DNA of 64,000 bases. Origin: Candidatus Eiseniibacteriota bacterium (GTDB lineage Bacteria > Eisenbacteria > RBG-16-71-46 > JABDJR01). Within the stretch, counting starts at the first letter, position 1. Every line of letters begins with the position of its first letter. Of the stretch, positions 9,795 through 18,573 are shown piece after piece. The DNA is taken from assembly GCA_963783375.1 (NCBI GenBank), contig CAWANH010000028.1:1888001-1952000 (forward strand), in the 5' to 3' direction. The notes beneath the pieces are model-generated. The model worked only from the letters and a program-made list of their open reading frames with translations. It made no database searches and was not told the origin of the DNA. The position numbers and the translations under genes are program-made.

Positions 9795-10496
9795 ATGAGA
9801 ATCTTCTACATCGCGCTTCTGGTATCCCTGGTGGTCGTGGCCCTGCCGGCCACGGTTCTGGCGGGTGCCGCCATCGACTGGGATCCGATCTACACCTGGG
9901 AAGCGGGGGCTACCGCCACCAACTCCCCTCTCGGCGGGGAGCTCAAGGGAGTGGGGGTCATCAGCAGCTTCGACGTGCCCTTCCAGGACCTGAACGCCGC
10001 CGATCCCGATACCGAGTACACCATCTACATCTACGGTTTGATCTCCCAGGGTACGGTCACCTCCGGAATTCCCGCCTACACCTTCTACACCACGACCTAC
10101 ACCGGGGGGACGATCGAGATCTACCAGGGGACGCCGCGGAACTCCGTCTTCGACCCCAATCCGCCGAACGCGAACGTGCCGTCCACCTTTACCGACGGCA
10201 CGCCGATCCTCGTGGGGAGCTTCACCTCCTTCTACACCCAGACCAACAACTTCACCCAGTTCATGACCGGGAACATGGAGGGGAACATCCTCTGGACCGG
10301 GGGCACCCTGTTCAACCGCACCTACAACACCGGCGGCGAGCCCTGCCCGGGGCTCTTCACCGGAGGGGTGACCTGGAATCCCGCCGTCCTCATCCCCGGC
10401 TACATCTTCCGGCACGACGGGAAGATCGATCTCAACTGCCCGACCCCGGCCGAACGCAGCACCTGGGGCGAAATCAAGACCCACTACGACAACTGA
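9795..10496 (+). CDS. Secreted paralog of the upstream protein with TWGxIKxxY tail
   Basis: Signal peptide; shared PPNxxxPSxFTDGT..LxG and HxxDGxI motifs; ends PTPAERSTWGEIKTHYDN. Confidence 0.75.
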   Translation: MRIFYIALLVSLVVVALPATVLAGAAIDWDPIYTWEAGATATNSPLGGELKGVGVISSFDVPFQDLNAADPDTEYTIYIYGLISQGTVTSGIPAYTFYTTTYTGGTIEIYQGTPRNSVFDPNPPNANVPSTFTDGTPILVGSFTSFYTQTNNFTQFMTGNMEGNILWTGGTLFNRTYNTGGEPCPGLFTGGVTWNPAVLIPGYIFRHDGKIDLNCPTPAERSTWGEIKTHYDN

Positions 10497-10523
10497 CCCC
10501 CTCCCGAGCGGCGGGATGATCTT

Positions 10524-10555
10524 CCGGGGCGGCGCAGGCCGCCCCGGTTATTTTT
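10524..10555 (+). terminator. Rho-independent terminator
   Basis: ccggggcggc-gcag-gccgccccgg followed by ttattttt. Confidence 0.8.
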
Positions 10556-10730
10556 GCCCTCCGGGGGCGCTTCCGCCCCGGCACGTCGTCCACTCCGGTC
10601 CGATTGTCCTCCCCCCCGCCGGCGTGCTACCTTCGCCGCCCCCCTCTCCCGCCGAACGACCGGATCCGGCCGTGTTCGGAGCGCCGGGCGGCGCCTTCCC
10701 GACCGGCCTCCAACCAGCGAGGATTCGAAC

Positions 10731-12110
10731 GTGCATGGCTCAACTTCCACTCGGGCGCGTCGCGCGCTCGTCGGCTCCGTGCTCGTCGGGGCGGCGCTCC
10801 TGCTCCGGCCCGGAGCCCCCTCCGCCGGCATGGACGCCGGCGCCGTCACCGAACACACCCTGGCCAACGGAATGAAGGTGCTCCTGTGGGAGGATCACAC
10901 CATCCCCAACCTGGCCGTGTACACGTTCTGGAAGGTGGGCAGCCGGAACGAGGCCCCTGGGATAACCGGCCTGGCCCACTTCTTCGAGCACATGATGTTC
11001 AACGGCTCGAAGCACTATCCCCCCGGGGAGTTCGATCGCACCATGGAAGCGGCGGGAGGGGCGAACAACGCCTATACCTCCAACGACGTCACCGTGTACC
11101 AGGATTGGGTTCCCGCCTCCGCCCTGGAACTCACCCTGGGTCTCGAGCAGGACCGGATCGGCTGGCTCGCCGTGGACCCCGGCGTGGTGGAGAGCGAGCG
11201 GGGAGTGGTCCTGAGCGAACGGAACCGCTCGGTCGAGGACGACAACCAGGCGCTGATGTGGGAACAGCTGGGCGCGGCGGCGTTCATGGCTCATCCCTAT
11301 TCGTGGCCGGTGATCGGTTGGCGGAGCGACATCGAGAACTGGCGCCAGGGAGACGTGGAAACGTTCTTCCACACCTGGTACACGCCCAACAACGCGGTCA
11401 TGGTGATCTGCGGCGCCTTCGACACCCCCCGGCTCCTGGAGATGCTCGACCGGACGGTGGGAAGCGTCCCCGCCCGGGAGATCCCCCGCGGAGTGGTGAC
11501 GGTGGAGCCCCCCCAGACCGGAGAACGGCGGGTGGAATTGCGGAAGGATGCCTCGGCGGCGAGTGTCCTGGCCGGATGGCACGTCCCCGCCACCTCCGAT
11601 TCCGACAGCCGGGTCCTGGAGTTGATCGACCTGATGCTGACCTCCGGTGAATCGAGCCGGCTCTACCGGAGGCTGGTGGACCGGGAACCCCTCGCCCTCG
11701 GCGTGTGGTCGGGAACCGACGACAACTTCGACCCCGGGCTGTTCCAGATCCTGGTCCAGAACCGGGACGGGATCGCCGGGCCCCAGGTGGAAGGTCCCCT
11801 GTACGAGGAGCTGGAGCGTTTGAAGACCGAGCCGGTGGGGGATGAGGAGCTTCAGAAAGCCAAGAACATGCTCCTGGCCGGCTTCTACCGGAGCATGGCC
11901 ACCCTGAGCGGGCGGGCCCAGGCGCTCGGCACCTACGCCCTCTTCCACGGCGACTGGAACAAGCTCTTCACCGCGGTGAACGAATACGAGGCGATCACCC
12001 CCGCGGACGTCATGCGGGTGGCGGACAGGTACTTCACGCCGGAGAACCGGACCGTGGTGACCCTGATCCCCGAGGCCGCAGCGGGAGAGGAGGCGAACGA
12101 TGCGCGCTGA
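10731..12110 (+). CDS. M16 (pitrilysin) family zinc protease, catalytic subunit
   Basis: Inverted zinc motif HFFEH, NAYTSND, HPY motifs; signal peptide; GTG start inferred from GAGGA RBS. Confidence 0.92.
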   Translation: MHGSTSTRARRALVGSVLVGAALLLRPGAPSAGMDAGAVTEHTLANGMKVLLWEDHTIPNLAVYTFWKVGSRNEAPGITGLAHFFEHMMFNGSKHYPPGEFDRTMEAAGGANNAYTSNDVTVYQDWVPASALELTLGLEQDRIGWLAVDPGVVESERGVVLSERNRSVEDDNQALMWEQLGAAAFMAHPYSWPVIGWRSDIENWRQGDVETFFHTWYTPNNAVMVICGAFDTPRLLEMLDRTVGSVPAREIPRGVVTVEPPQTGERRVELRKDASAASVLAGWHVPATSDSDSRVLELIDLMLTSGESSRLYRRLVDREPLALGVWSGTDDNFDPGLFQILVQNRDGIAGPQVEGPLYEELERLKTEPVGDEELQKAKNMLLAGFYRSMATLSGRAQALGTYALFHGDWNKLFTAVNEYEAITPADVMRVADRYFTPENRTVVTLIPEAAAGEEANDAR

Positions 12111-13530
12111 CCGTGGACGGCATTCGCAGTTCCAGACGGCGGCCCGGCTCTCGGCGGTGGTGGTCGCAGCCGCGATCCTGGGCGGGGCGCCATCCGTCCG
12201 CGCGGGTGAGGATCTCCGGCTTCCCGACTACCGGGTCGTGAAGCTGGACAACGGCCTTTCCCTCCAGGTGGTGCGCCAGGCCGCCGTCCCCCTCGTCACC
12301 TTCGAGGTCTGGATCCGGGCCGGAGCCGCCGCCGACCCGGCCGGAAAGGAAGGGCTGGCCGAGCTCACCGCCGAGAGCCTGCGGAAGGGCTCGGGAGATC
12401 TCGACGCCGCCGCCTTCGCCGGGGCGGTGGACTTTCTGGGAGCGGACTTCGGGACCTCGGTCGACCACGACCGGACCCGGGTGCGGCTGAGCCTGTTGGC
12501 CAAGGATTTCGACCGGGGACTCGAGCTCCTGGCCGACGCCCTGCTTCGTCCCGCCCTGGACTCCGGAGAGATCGAGAAGCTCTCCGGGCAGCTCGCCGAC
12601 GGCGTGGGCCAGGCCAAGGACAACCCGCGCTACGTGTTGGGCGACTACTTCGACGCCTTCCTATACGGCGACCATCCCTACGGGAACCCGGTGGGGGGCA
12701 CCGAGACCTCGCTCCGCGCGCTCGGCCCCGACGACGTGCGCGCCTTCTACCGGGGCAACTACGGAGCGAACCGCGCCCTGATCACGGTGTGCGGAGATCT
12801 GGACCCCGCCGCCGCCGAGGCCGCGGTGCGGAAGGCCTTCGCGTCCATGCCGCGGGCGACGGGACCGGCGCCGGTGATCCCCGACCCGACGCCGCCGGCG
12901 GCGAACCGGGTGCTCCTGGTCAACAAGGCCGACACCCCCCAGACCTGGTTCCAGATCGGATCCCTGGGGCCCGCCTACGACGATCCCGACTACGCCGCCG
13001 CCGAGCTGGTGCGGACGATCTTCGGCGGGAGGTTCACGAGCTGGCTCAACACCAAGCTCCGCATCGAGTCGGGGCTCACCTACGGGGCACGGTATCGTCT
13101 GGACCGCCGGGCCGAGGCCGGGACCGCCTACATGATGAGCTTCACCGCCACCGAGCACACCAAGGAGGCGCTGGATCTGGCTCTCGCCCAGCTCGACCGG
13201 CTCCACGAGGAGGGGATCGGGGAGACGGACCTGAGCTCGGCCAAGGCCTACGTCAAGGGGCAGACCCCCTACGGCTACGAGACCGCGGCAAGCGTGGCCT
13301 ACGCGGTGAGCGAGCTCACCTTCTACGGGGTGGACCGGTCGAGGGTGGACGACCTCTTCCGCCGGATCGACGGGGTGACCCCCGAGGACTGCCGGCGGGT
13401 CATCGACGCCTACTTCCGGCGCGACCATCTGGTCTTCGCCGCGGTGGGAGTCCGGGACTCGGTGGCCGGGGTGCTCGAATCCTACGGCGAGCTCAAGGTG
13501 CGGGAGAACTCCGACCCCGGGTTCCGATGA
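12100..13530 (+). CDS. M16 family protease, non-catalytic partner subunit
   Basis: KLDNGL, HPYG, FGGRFTSWL..LRIESGLTYG; lacks HxxEH; overlaps the upstream gene. Confidence 0.88.
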   Translation: MRADRGRHSQFQTAARLSAVVVAAAILGGAPSVRAGEDLRLPDYRVVKLDNGLSLQVVRQAAVPLVTFEVWIRAGAAADPAGKEGLAELTAESLRKGSGDLDAAAFAGAVDFLGADFGTSVDHDRTRVRLSLLAKDFDRGLELLADALLRPALDSGEIEKLSGQLADGVGQAKDNPRYVLGDYFDAFLYGDHPYGNPVGGTETSLRALGPDDVRAFYRGNYGANRALITVCGDLDPAAAEAAVRKAFASMPRATGPAPVIPDPTPPAANRVLLVNKADTPQTWFQIGSLGPAYDDPDYAAAELVRTIFGGRFTSWLNTKLRIESGLTYGARYRLDRRAEAGTAYMMSFTATEHTKEALDLALAQLDRLHEEGIGETDLSSAKAYVKGQTPYGYETAASVAYAVSELTFYGVDRSRVDDLFRRIDGVTPEDCRRVIDAYFRRDHLVFAAVGVRDSVAGVLESYGELKVRENSDPGFR

Positions 13531-13574
13531 GGCACGGTCCGGGCGGACCGCCGGGCGGCCGGGCGCAGGAAAGT

Positions 13575-13606
13575 GACGGGGAGAGGACCGAAGTCCCCTC
13601 CCCGTC
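13575..13606. terminator. Hairpin between convergent genes, probable terminator
   Basis: gacggggagaggac-cgaa-gtcccctccccgtc with short T-rich flanks. Confidence 0.55.
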
Positions 13607-13711
13607 TTCTCCCCAATGACCGCCGTCGAGCACGCCGGGAGCGCGATTGGCCCGGGGCTCAGGGCGGCGGCGCGAGGAATCCCTGCGGCCGGGCCCGTCG
13701 ATCGACGGGCG

Positions 13712-14197
13712 TTACGGGTGGAAGGTCCAGCCCGTGGTGACCATGAAATCGGGCTCGTCGAAGAAGCCCACCTTCCCTTCGATGAAGAAGCGGCTGCCGC
13801 TGGTGAGCCCCTTCTCGATCCCTCCCAGGACGTCGAGTCCGGTGCCCTGTTCGGTATCGCCGGTGAGGCCGTTGTCCTCGGAACCGGCCATCACGAATCC
13901 GGCTCCGCCGCCCAGGTAGGGGGTCCAGCTCTCCCAGCGGGAGCTGAAGCGATAGGCGCCGTCCAGGTTGAGGGTCAGGAGGGTCAGGTTGTCGCCCAGA
14001 CCCAGCTCCAGGTTCGGCTGCAGCCGGAGGTGGCTGTCCATGGACCCGAAGTCGGTGTGGGCTCCGAAGTGGAACTGATCGGGGTTCATGGTGACCCCGA
14101 CCCTCGGGCCCCAACCCTGGAAGGAAAGTCCGTCGGCCTGGGCCGCTCCCGGCGCGGCCACCAGGGCCGCGGCCAGGATCATCAATAGTCTTCGCAT
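13712..14197 (-). CDS. Small outer-membrane beta-barrel protein
   Basis: Signal peptide ending AQA; alternating beta strands, PYLGGGAG; C-terminal GWTF beta-signal; GAGGAGG RBS. Confidence 0.75.
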   Translation of the reverse strand: MRRLLMILAAALVAAPGAAQADGLSFQGWGPRVGVTMNPDQFHFGAHTDFGSMDSHLRLQPNLELGLGDNLTLLTLNLDGAYRFSSRWESWTPYLGGGAGFVMAGSEDNGLTGDTEQGTGLDVLGGIEKGLTSGSRFFIEGKVGFFDEPDFMVTTGWTFHP

Positions 14198-14325
14198 GGA
14201 GGTCCTCCTCTCATCGGCCCGGGAGCACATCGCTCATGCATGCCTACGCCTGATTGTCTCCAGATGGTCCAACGGATGCACCCCGAGCGGTTCATTGCTT
14301 CTTCCACCTCACGTCGGGCGGGTGA

Positions 14326-15012
14326 TTACGGGGTCGCCGCGGCGGTCAGGGGAAGCTCGACCGGCTCGCGCAGGGCGAAGCGGAGCTTCTGGCCTGCGGG
14401 AAGCTCGATCTGATCGTCCTTGGTGGCGATGGCCACGATGGTGCCGGCGCCGGCGCCGACCGCGGCTCCGATGGCCGCGCCCTTCTTGCCGCCGATCACC
14501 CCGCCGATCACGCCGCCGCCGACCGCGCCCGCGGCCACCTTCTCCAGGCTCTTCTCGGTGGACGACGAGTCCACCAGCTCGAGCGGAGCGGTCCGGACGT
14601 CGTGCGACTCCCCGGCGGGATAGCCGACCTCGGTCACCTCCAGGGTCAGCTTGGCGCCGCCGTCCGCTCCGCCGTCACGGACCTCGGTGAGCTTCCCGGT
14701 CACCGTGGCCCCGGTTGGAAGCACCGTCCCCGAGGGCACCGCCACCGGCTCGGTCAGGGTCGCGTGGAAGGTGTCGCCGGCGTGGTTCCGTTCGGTGCTG
14801 AGCGGCGCGCGGAGCGAGGCCACGAGATCGGTCCCCGCGGGGACGGTGACCTTCTGGGCCTCGGGCGCGCTCGAGCCGCCTTCCTGGTTCATGGCGGTGT
14901 TGCCGCTCCCCTGGCTGCCCGCGTCCCGCCCGCAGGCGGCGAGCGAGCCGGCGGCGAGAGCGCCGGCGATCGTGAGTCCCAAGACCCATCGCAAGGTGTT
15001 CGTGCGGATCAT
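14326..15012 (-). CDS. Lipoprotein with glycine zipper and TrbI/VirB10-like beta domain
   Basis: Lipobox LAAC; VPAGT, GDTF, LPAG motifs; GAVGGGVIGGVIGGKKGAAIGAAVGAGAG. Confidence 0.75.
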   Translation of the reverse strand: MIRTNTLRWVLGLTIAGALAAGSLAACGRDAGSQGSGNTAMNQEGGSSAPEAQKVTVPAGTDLVASLRAPLSTERNHAGDTFHATLTEPVAVPSGTVLPTGATVTGKLTEVRDGGADGGAKLTLEVTEVGYPAGESHDVRTAPLELVDSSSTEKSLEKVAAGAVGGGVIGGVIGGKKGAAIGAAVGAGAGTIVAIATKDDQIELPAGQKLRFALREPVELPLTAAATP

Positions 15013-15166
15013 GGTTTCCTCCTTTCCCGGGTCACGCACCCGGGAATGAGCGGCCGAAGGCACCCCCCGGTGCTCCGGCAATTTCTTGGCGGGCGGAAGT
15101 GCGAAGGCGAGAATCGATCAGGGGCCCGCCGGTCGAAGTTGATCGCTCGCTACGCCCCTCGTTCAT

Positions 15167-15294
15167 TGCAAGGGGGTTGCCAGTCGGGAGCCATCACGCT
15201 AACTGGCTGGTGCGTAGTGGTATATGGAGTCGGAGAGACCGCCGGCGGGCACGGATTGTGTAGCAATGGACACATCGTTGTGTCCGGCTTCACA
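15167..15294 (-). promoter_or_regulatory. Sigma54 promoter with two TGT-N10-ACA upstream activator sites
   Basis: Minus strand TGGCAACCCCCTTGCA (15182-15167); TGT-N10-ACA at 15259-15274 and 15279-15294. Confidence 0.7.
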
Positions 15295-15407
15295 CGAGGA
15301 TTTCCGCCGGTTCGCGGCAACCTGGGGGCCTCGGTTCCGGCGTGGGCGGGCGGCGGCCGGGTCGGCTAAGATCCAATGCGGCTCCCGAACCCAGGATGAG
15401 GAACCCC

Positions 15408-16586
15408 ATGCCGTCCGACGTGATCACCGGCCTCGACAGGATCCAGCGCGACCGTTTTTCCGTTCTCGGGGGGGAGCGGGTCGGCCTGCTCGTTCATCCC
15501 GCCTCGGTGGATCGGCGCCTGGTCCACGCCGGGCGCATCTTCCACGAGGCCCCGGAGGTCGATCTCCGGGCGCTCTTCGGACCCCAGCACGGGATCCTGG
15601 GGCAGACCCAGGACAACATGGTGGAGTGGGAGGGGTTCACGGACCCGGTCACCGGCGTTCCCGTGCACTCCCTCTACGGGGACAACCGCTCTCCCACGCC
15701 GGAGATGCTCGGAGAGATCGACGTCCTGGTGGTGGATCTTCAGGACGTCGGGGCCCGGTACTACACGTTCATCTGGACCCTTCTCCTGGTCATGGAGGCC
15801 TGCGCCGCCGCCGGCAAGCGGGTGGTGGTCCTGGATCGTCCGAACCCGCTCGGCGGCCTCGACCGCGAGGGAACGGTGCTCGATCCCGCCTATCGATCCT
15901 TCGTGGGGCTCGCCCCCATTCCCATGCGCCACGGCCTGACCGTGGGGGAGCTGGCGGCCTGGTTCCGGGATCGCTTCGCCCCCGCGCTCGACCTCGGGGT
16001 GGTCTGGATGGAGGGATGGCGGCGCTCGATGTGGTTCCCGGAGACCGGTCTCCCCTGGGTCATGCCGTCCCCCAACATGCCCACCGTGGACACCGCCGTG
16101 GTCTATCCCGGCTTCTGCCTTCTGGAGGGCACCACGCTCTCCGAGGGGCGCGGCACCACCCGGCCCTTCGAGATCTTCGGGGCGCCGTTCATCGATCCCG
16201 AACCGCTGGTCCGCCGGCTGGCCGCGTTCGACCTTCCCGGGGCGATCTTCCGTCCGGTGTCCTTCGAGCCCACCTTCCAGAAGCATGCGGGCCGGCTCTG
16301 CGGCGGAGCGCAACTCCACGTGACCGACCGGACGGTCTTTCGCTCGGTCCTCACCGCGACCGCGGTCCTGGCCGCGATCCGCGAGCTCTGGCCCGCCGGC
16401 TTCCGCTGGAAGCAACCCCCCTACGAATACGAACACCAGAAGCTCCCCATCGACATCCTGACCGGGGGCGCCGGCTTCCGGACCGACCTGGAGGCGGGGC
16501 GATCCCCGCGGGAGATGGCCGAGACCTGGCGCCCGGCCCTCGACACCTTCGATCGGGAGATCGCGGGGTTTCTCCACTATGACTGA
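15408..16586 (+). CDS. namZ: Exo-beta-N-acetylmuramidase NamZ family (DUF1343)
   Basis: LFGPQHG, HSLYG, DLQDVGARYYTF, LDRPNPLGG, PSPNMPT, SEGRGTTRPFE motifs. Confidence 0.9.
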   Translation: MPSDVITGLDRIQRDRFSVLGGERVGLLVHPASVDRRLVHAGRIFHEAPEVDLRALFGPQHGILGQTQDNMVEWEGFTDPVTGVPVHSLYGDNRSPTPEMLGEIDVLVVDLQDVGARYYTFIWTLLLVMEACAAAGKRVVVLDRPNPLGGLDREGTVLDPAYRSFVGLAPIPMRHGLTVGELAAWFRDRFAPALDLGVVWMEGWRRSMWFPETGLPWVMPSPNMPTVDTAVVYPGFCLLEGTTLSEGRGTTRPFEIFGAPFIDPEPLVRRLAAFDLPGAIFRPVSFEPTFQKHAGRLCGGAQLHVTDRTVFRSVLTATAVLAAIRELWPAGFRWKQPPYEYEHQKLPIDILTGGAGFRTDLEAGRSPREMAETWRPALDTFDREIAGFLHYD

Positions 16587-18573
16587 GAGCGCGGACGTGG
16601 AACGGGCCATGGTGCTGGCGGCGGGGCTCGGCACCCGGCTCCGCCCCCTGACCGATCACCTGGCCAAACCGCTCCTTCCCATCCTGGGGCGGCCGCTCCT
16701 GGGGGTCATCCTCGACCGGTTGGCCGCGGCGGGGGCGGGAGCGATCGCGGTCAACACCCATCATCGCGCCGGGGACGTCCGCGATTTCGTGGCCGGCTCG
16801 GAGCACGCTTCCCGGGCCACCCTCTTTCACGAGCCGGAGATCCTGGGGACGGGGGGAGGGCCGGCCAACGTCCGGACGTTCCTGGCCGAGACGGATCGCT
16901 TCCTCCTCCACAACGGCGACGTCTACTCCGATGCGGACCTGGGCGCGTTGATCACCGCGCACCGGGCGAGCGGGGCGACGGCGACCCTGCTCCTTACCGA
17001 CTGGCCCGAGGTGAACACCGTGGTCACCGATCCCGGGGGCACGGTGCTCCGGATCGGGCGCGGGGGCCCCCCTCCGGCGATCGAGGTTCGGCGCCTCACC
17101 TACACCGGGATCGCGGTCTTCGAGCGGAGTTTCCTGGATTACCTCCCCGAGGGGCCATCGTCCCTGGTCGACGCCCTCCGGCGGGTCATGGCCGAGAACC
17201 CGGGCTCGGTGCGCGGCCACGCTCCCGGCGGGTTTCTCTGGAGCGACCTCGGCACCCTCACCCGCTATCTGGACGTCCATCGGGGACTCATGGGGGGGCG
17301 GCGAAGCGGCGAGACCGGCAGTCCCCGGACCCACCTGGCCGAGGCGGCGACCATCGACCCGGGGGCGCGGGTGGAGGGGTTCGCGGTGCTGGGACGGGAG
17401 GCGAAGATCGAGGCCGGAGCGCGGGTCCGGGACGTGGTGCTCCTGGACGGGGCGACGGTGCCCCGCGATGCCGTGGCGGTCCGCGCGGTGATCGGCCGCG
17501 ACTGGTCGGCGAGCGAGGAGGAGAACGAGCGCGAACGGCTGGTGCTCGCCGCCGAGCACGTGTTGGCCGAGCGGCGGCACTCCGAACAGGTGCTGGCCGA
17601 GGCCGGCCGCACCGAGCGCATCACCGGGCACGGCTCCGACCGCGCCTTTCGCCGCATCGAGGATGGGCGGGTCTCCGCGGTGCTCATGACCGCGCCTCCC
17701 GAGGACCCGGAGTTCCACCGGTTCGTGGCGGTGGGCCGCTTCCTGGGGGAACACGGTTTCGGCGGGCCCCGGATTCTCGCCGCCGACCCCGAGCGCCGGT
17801 TCGTGCTCATGGAGGACCTGGGGCGCGATACCCTGCACGAGGCGGTGACCCACGGCACGGCCGCCGACGATCCCGGCGCGCGGCGCGATCTCTACCGACG
17901 GGTGATCGACCGTCTGGTGGATCTCCAGGTCCGCGGCACGCGCGTGGTGGCCGGAGGGGCGTGTGCCGAAGCCGGCGACCGCCTTTTCGATCACGACACC
18001 TTGCGGTGGGAGACCGACTACTTCCGCCTGCGCTTTCTGCAGGATCTGGTGAAGGCTCCCGCCGAAGCGATCGCCGGCCTGGACGCGGAGTTCGAGCGGC
18101 TGGCCGCCGAGGTCCTCGATCAGCCGGTGGTGCTCATGCACCGCGATTTCCAGTCCCAGAACATCCTCTTTCGCGCCGACGAGGTGCGCCTGGTGGACTT
18201 CCAGGGGATGCGCCGGGGACCGCTTCTCTACGACGTCATGTCCCTGCTTCGCGATGCCTACGTGGATCTGGGCCCGGCGCTTCGCGGCGAGCTGCTCGAG
18301 CACTACCGCGAAACGTTGGCCGCGGGGGGAGGGCCGGCGTTGGACCCGCCCGCGCTCCGGCGGATGGCCGCGGCGGCCGGGTTGCAGCGGAACATGCAGG
18401 CCCTGGGCGCCTTCGGTTTTCTATCCCTGGTGAAGGGGAAAACGCGCTTCCGGGAGCACGTGCCCCTGGGGCTCAAGCATCTGAGGGAAGGCCTGGTCGA
18501 GGCCTCGGCGGGCGGGCTCGAGCTACCCGGGCTGGCCGCGCTGGTGCCGGGGCTTTCTGCAACCCCCGACTAG
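16579..18573 (+). CDS. Fusion of MurU-like nucleotidyltransferase and AmgK-like anomeric sugar kinase
   Basis: N-terminal LAAGLGTRLRPLT..KPLL, GTGGG, NGD; C-terminal MEDLG, HRDFQSQNI, VDFQG, QRNMQALGAF. Confidence 0.85.
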   Translation: MTESADVERAMVLAAGLGTRLRPLTDHLAKPLLPILGRPLLGVILDRLAAAGAGAIAVNTHHRAGDVRDFVAGSEHASRATLFHEPEILGTGGGPANVRTFLAETDRFLLHNGDVYSDADLGALITAHRASGATATLLLTDWPEVNTVVTDPGGTVLRIGRGGPPPAIEVRRLTYTGIAVFERSFLDYLPEGPSSLVDALRRVMAENPGSVRGHAPGGFLWSDLGTLTRYLDVHRGLMGGRRSGETGSPRTHLAEAATIDPGARVEGFAVLGREAKIEAGARVRDVVLLDGATVPRDAVAVRAVIGRDWSASEEENERERLVLAAEHVLAERRHSEQVLAEAGRTERITGHGSDRAFRRIEDGRVSAVLMTAPPEDPEFHRFVAVGRFLGEHGFGGPRILAADPERRFVLMEDLGRDTLHEAVTHGTAADDPGARRDLYRRVIDRLVDLQVRGTRVVAGGACAEAGDRLFDHDTLRWETDYFRLRFLQDLVKAPAEAIAGLDAEFERLAAEVLDQPVVLMHRDFQSQNILFRADEVRLVDFQGMRRGPLLYDVMSLLRDAYVDLGPALRGELLEHYRETLAAGGGPALDPPALRRMAAAAGLQRNMQALGAFGFLSLVKGKTRFREHVPLGLKHLREGLVEASAGGLELPGLAALVPGLSATPD

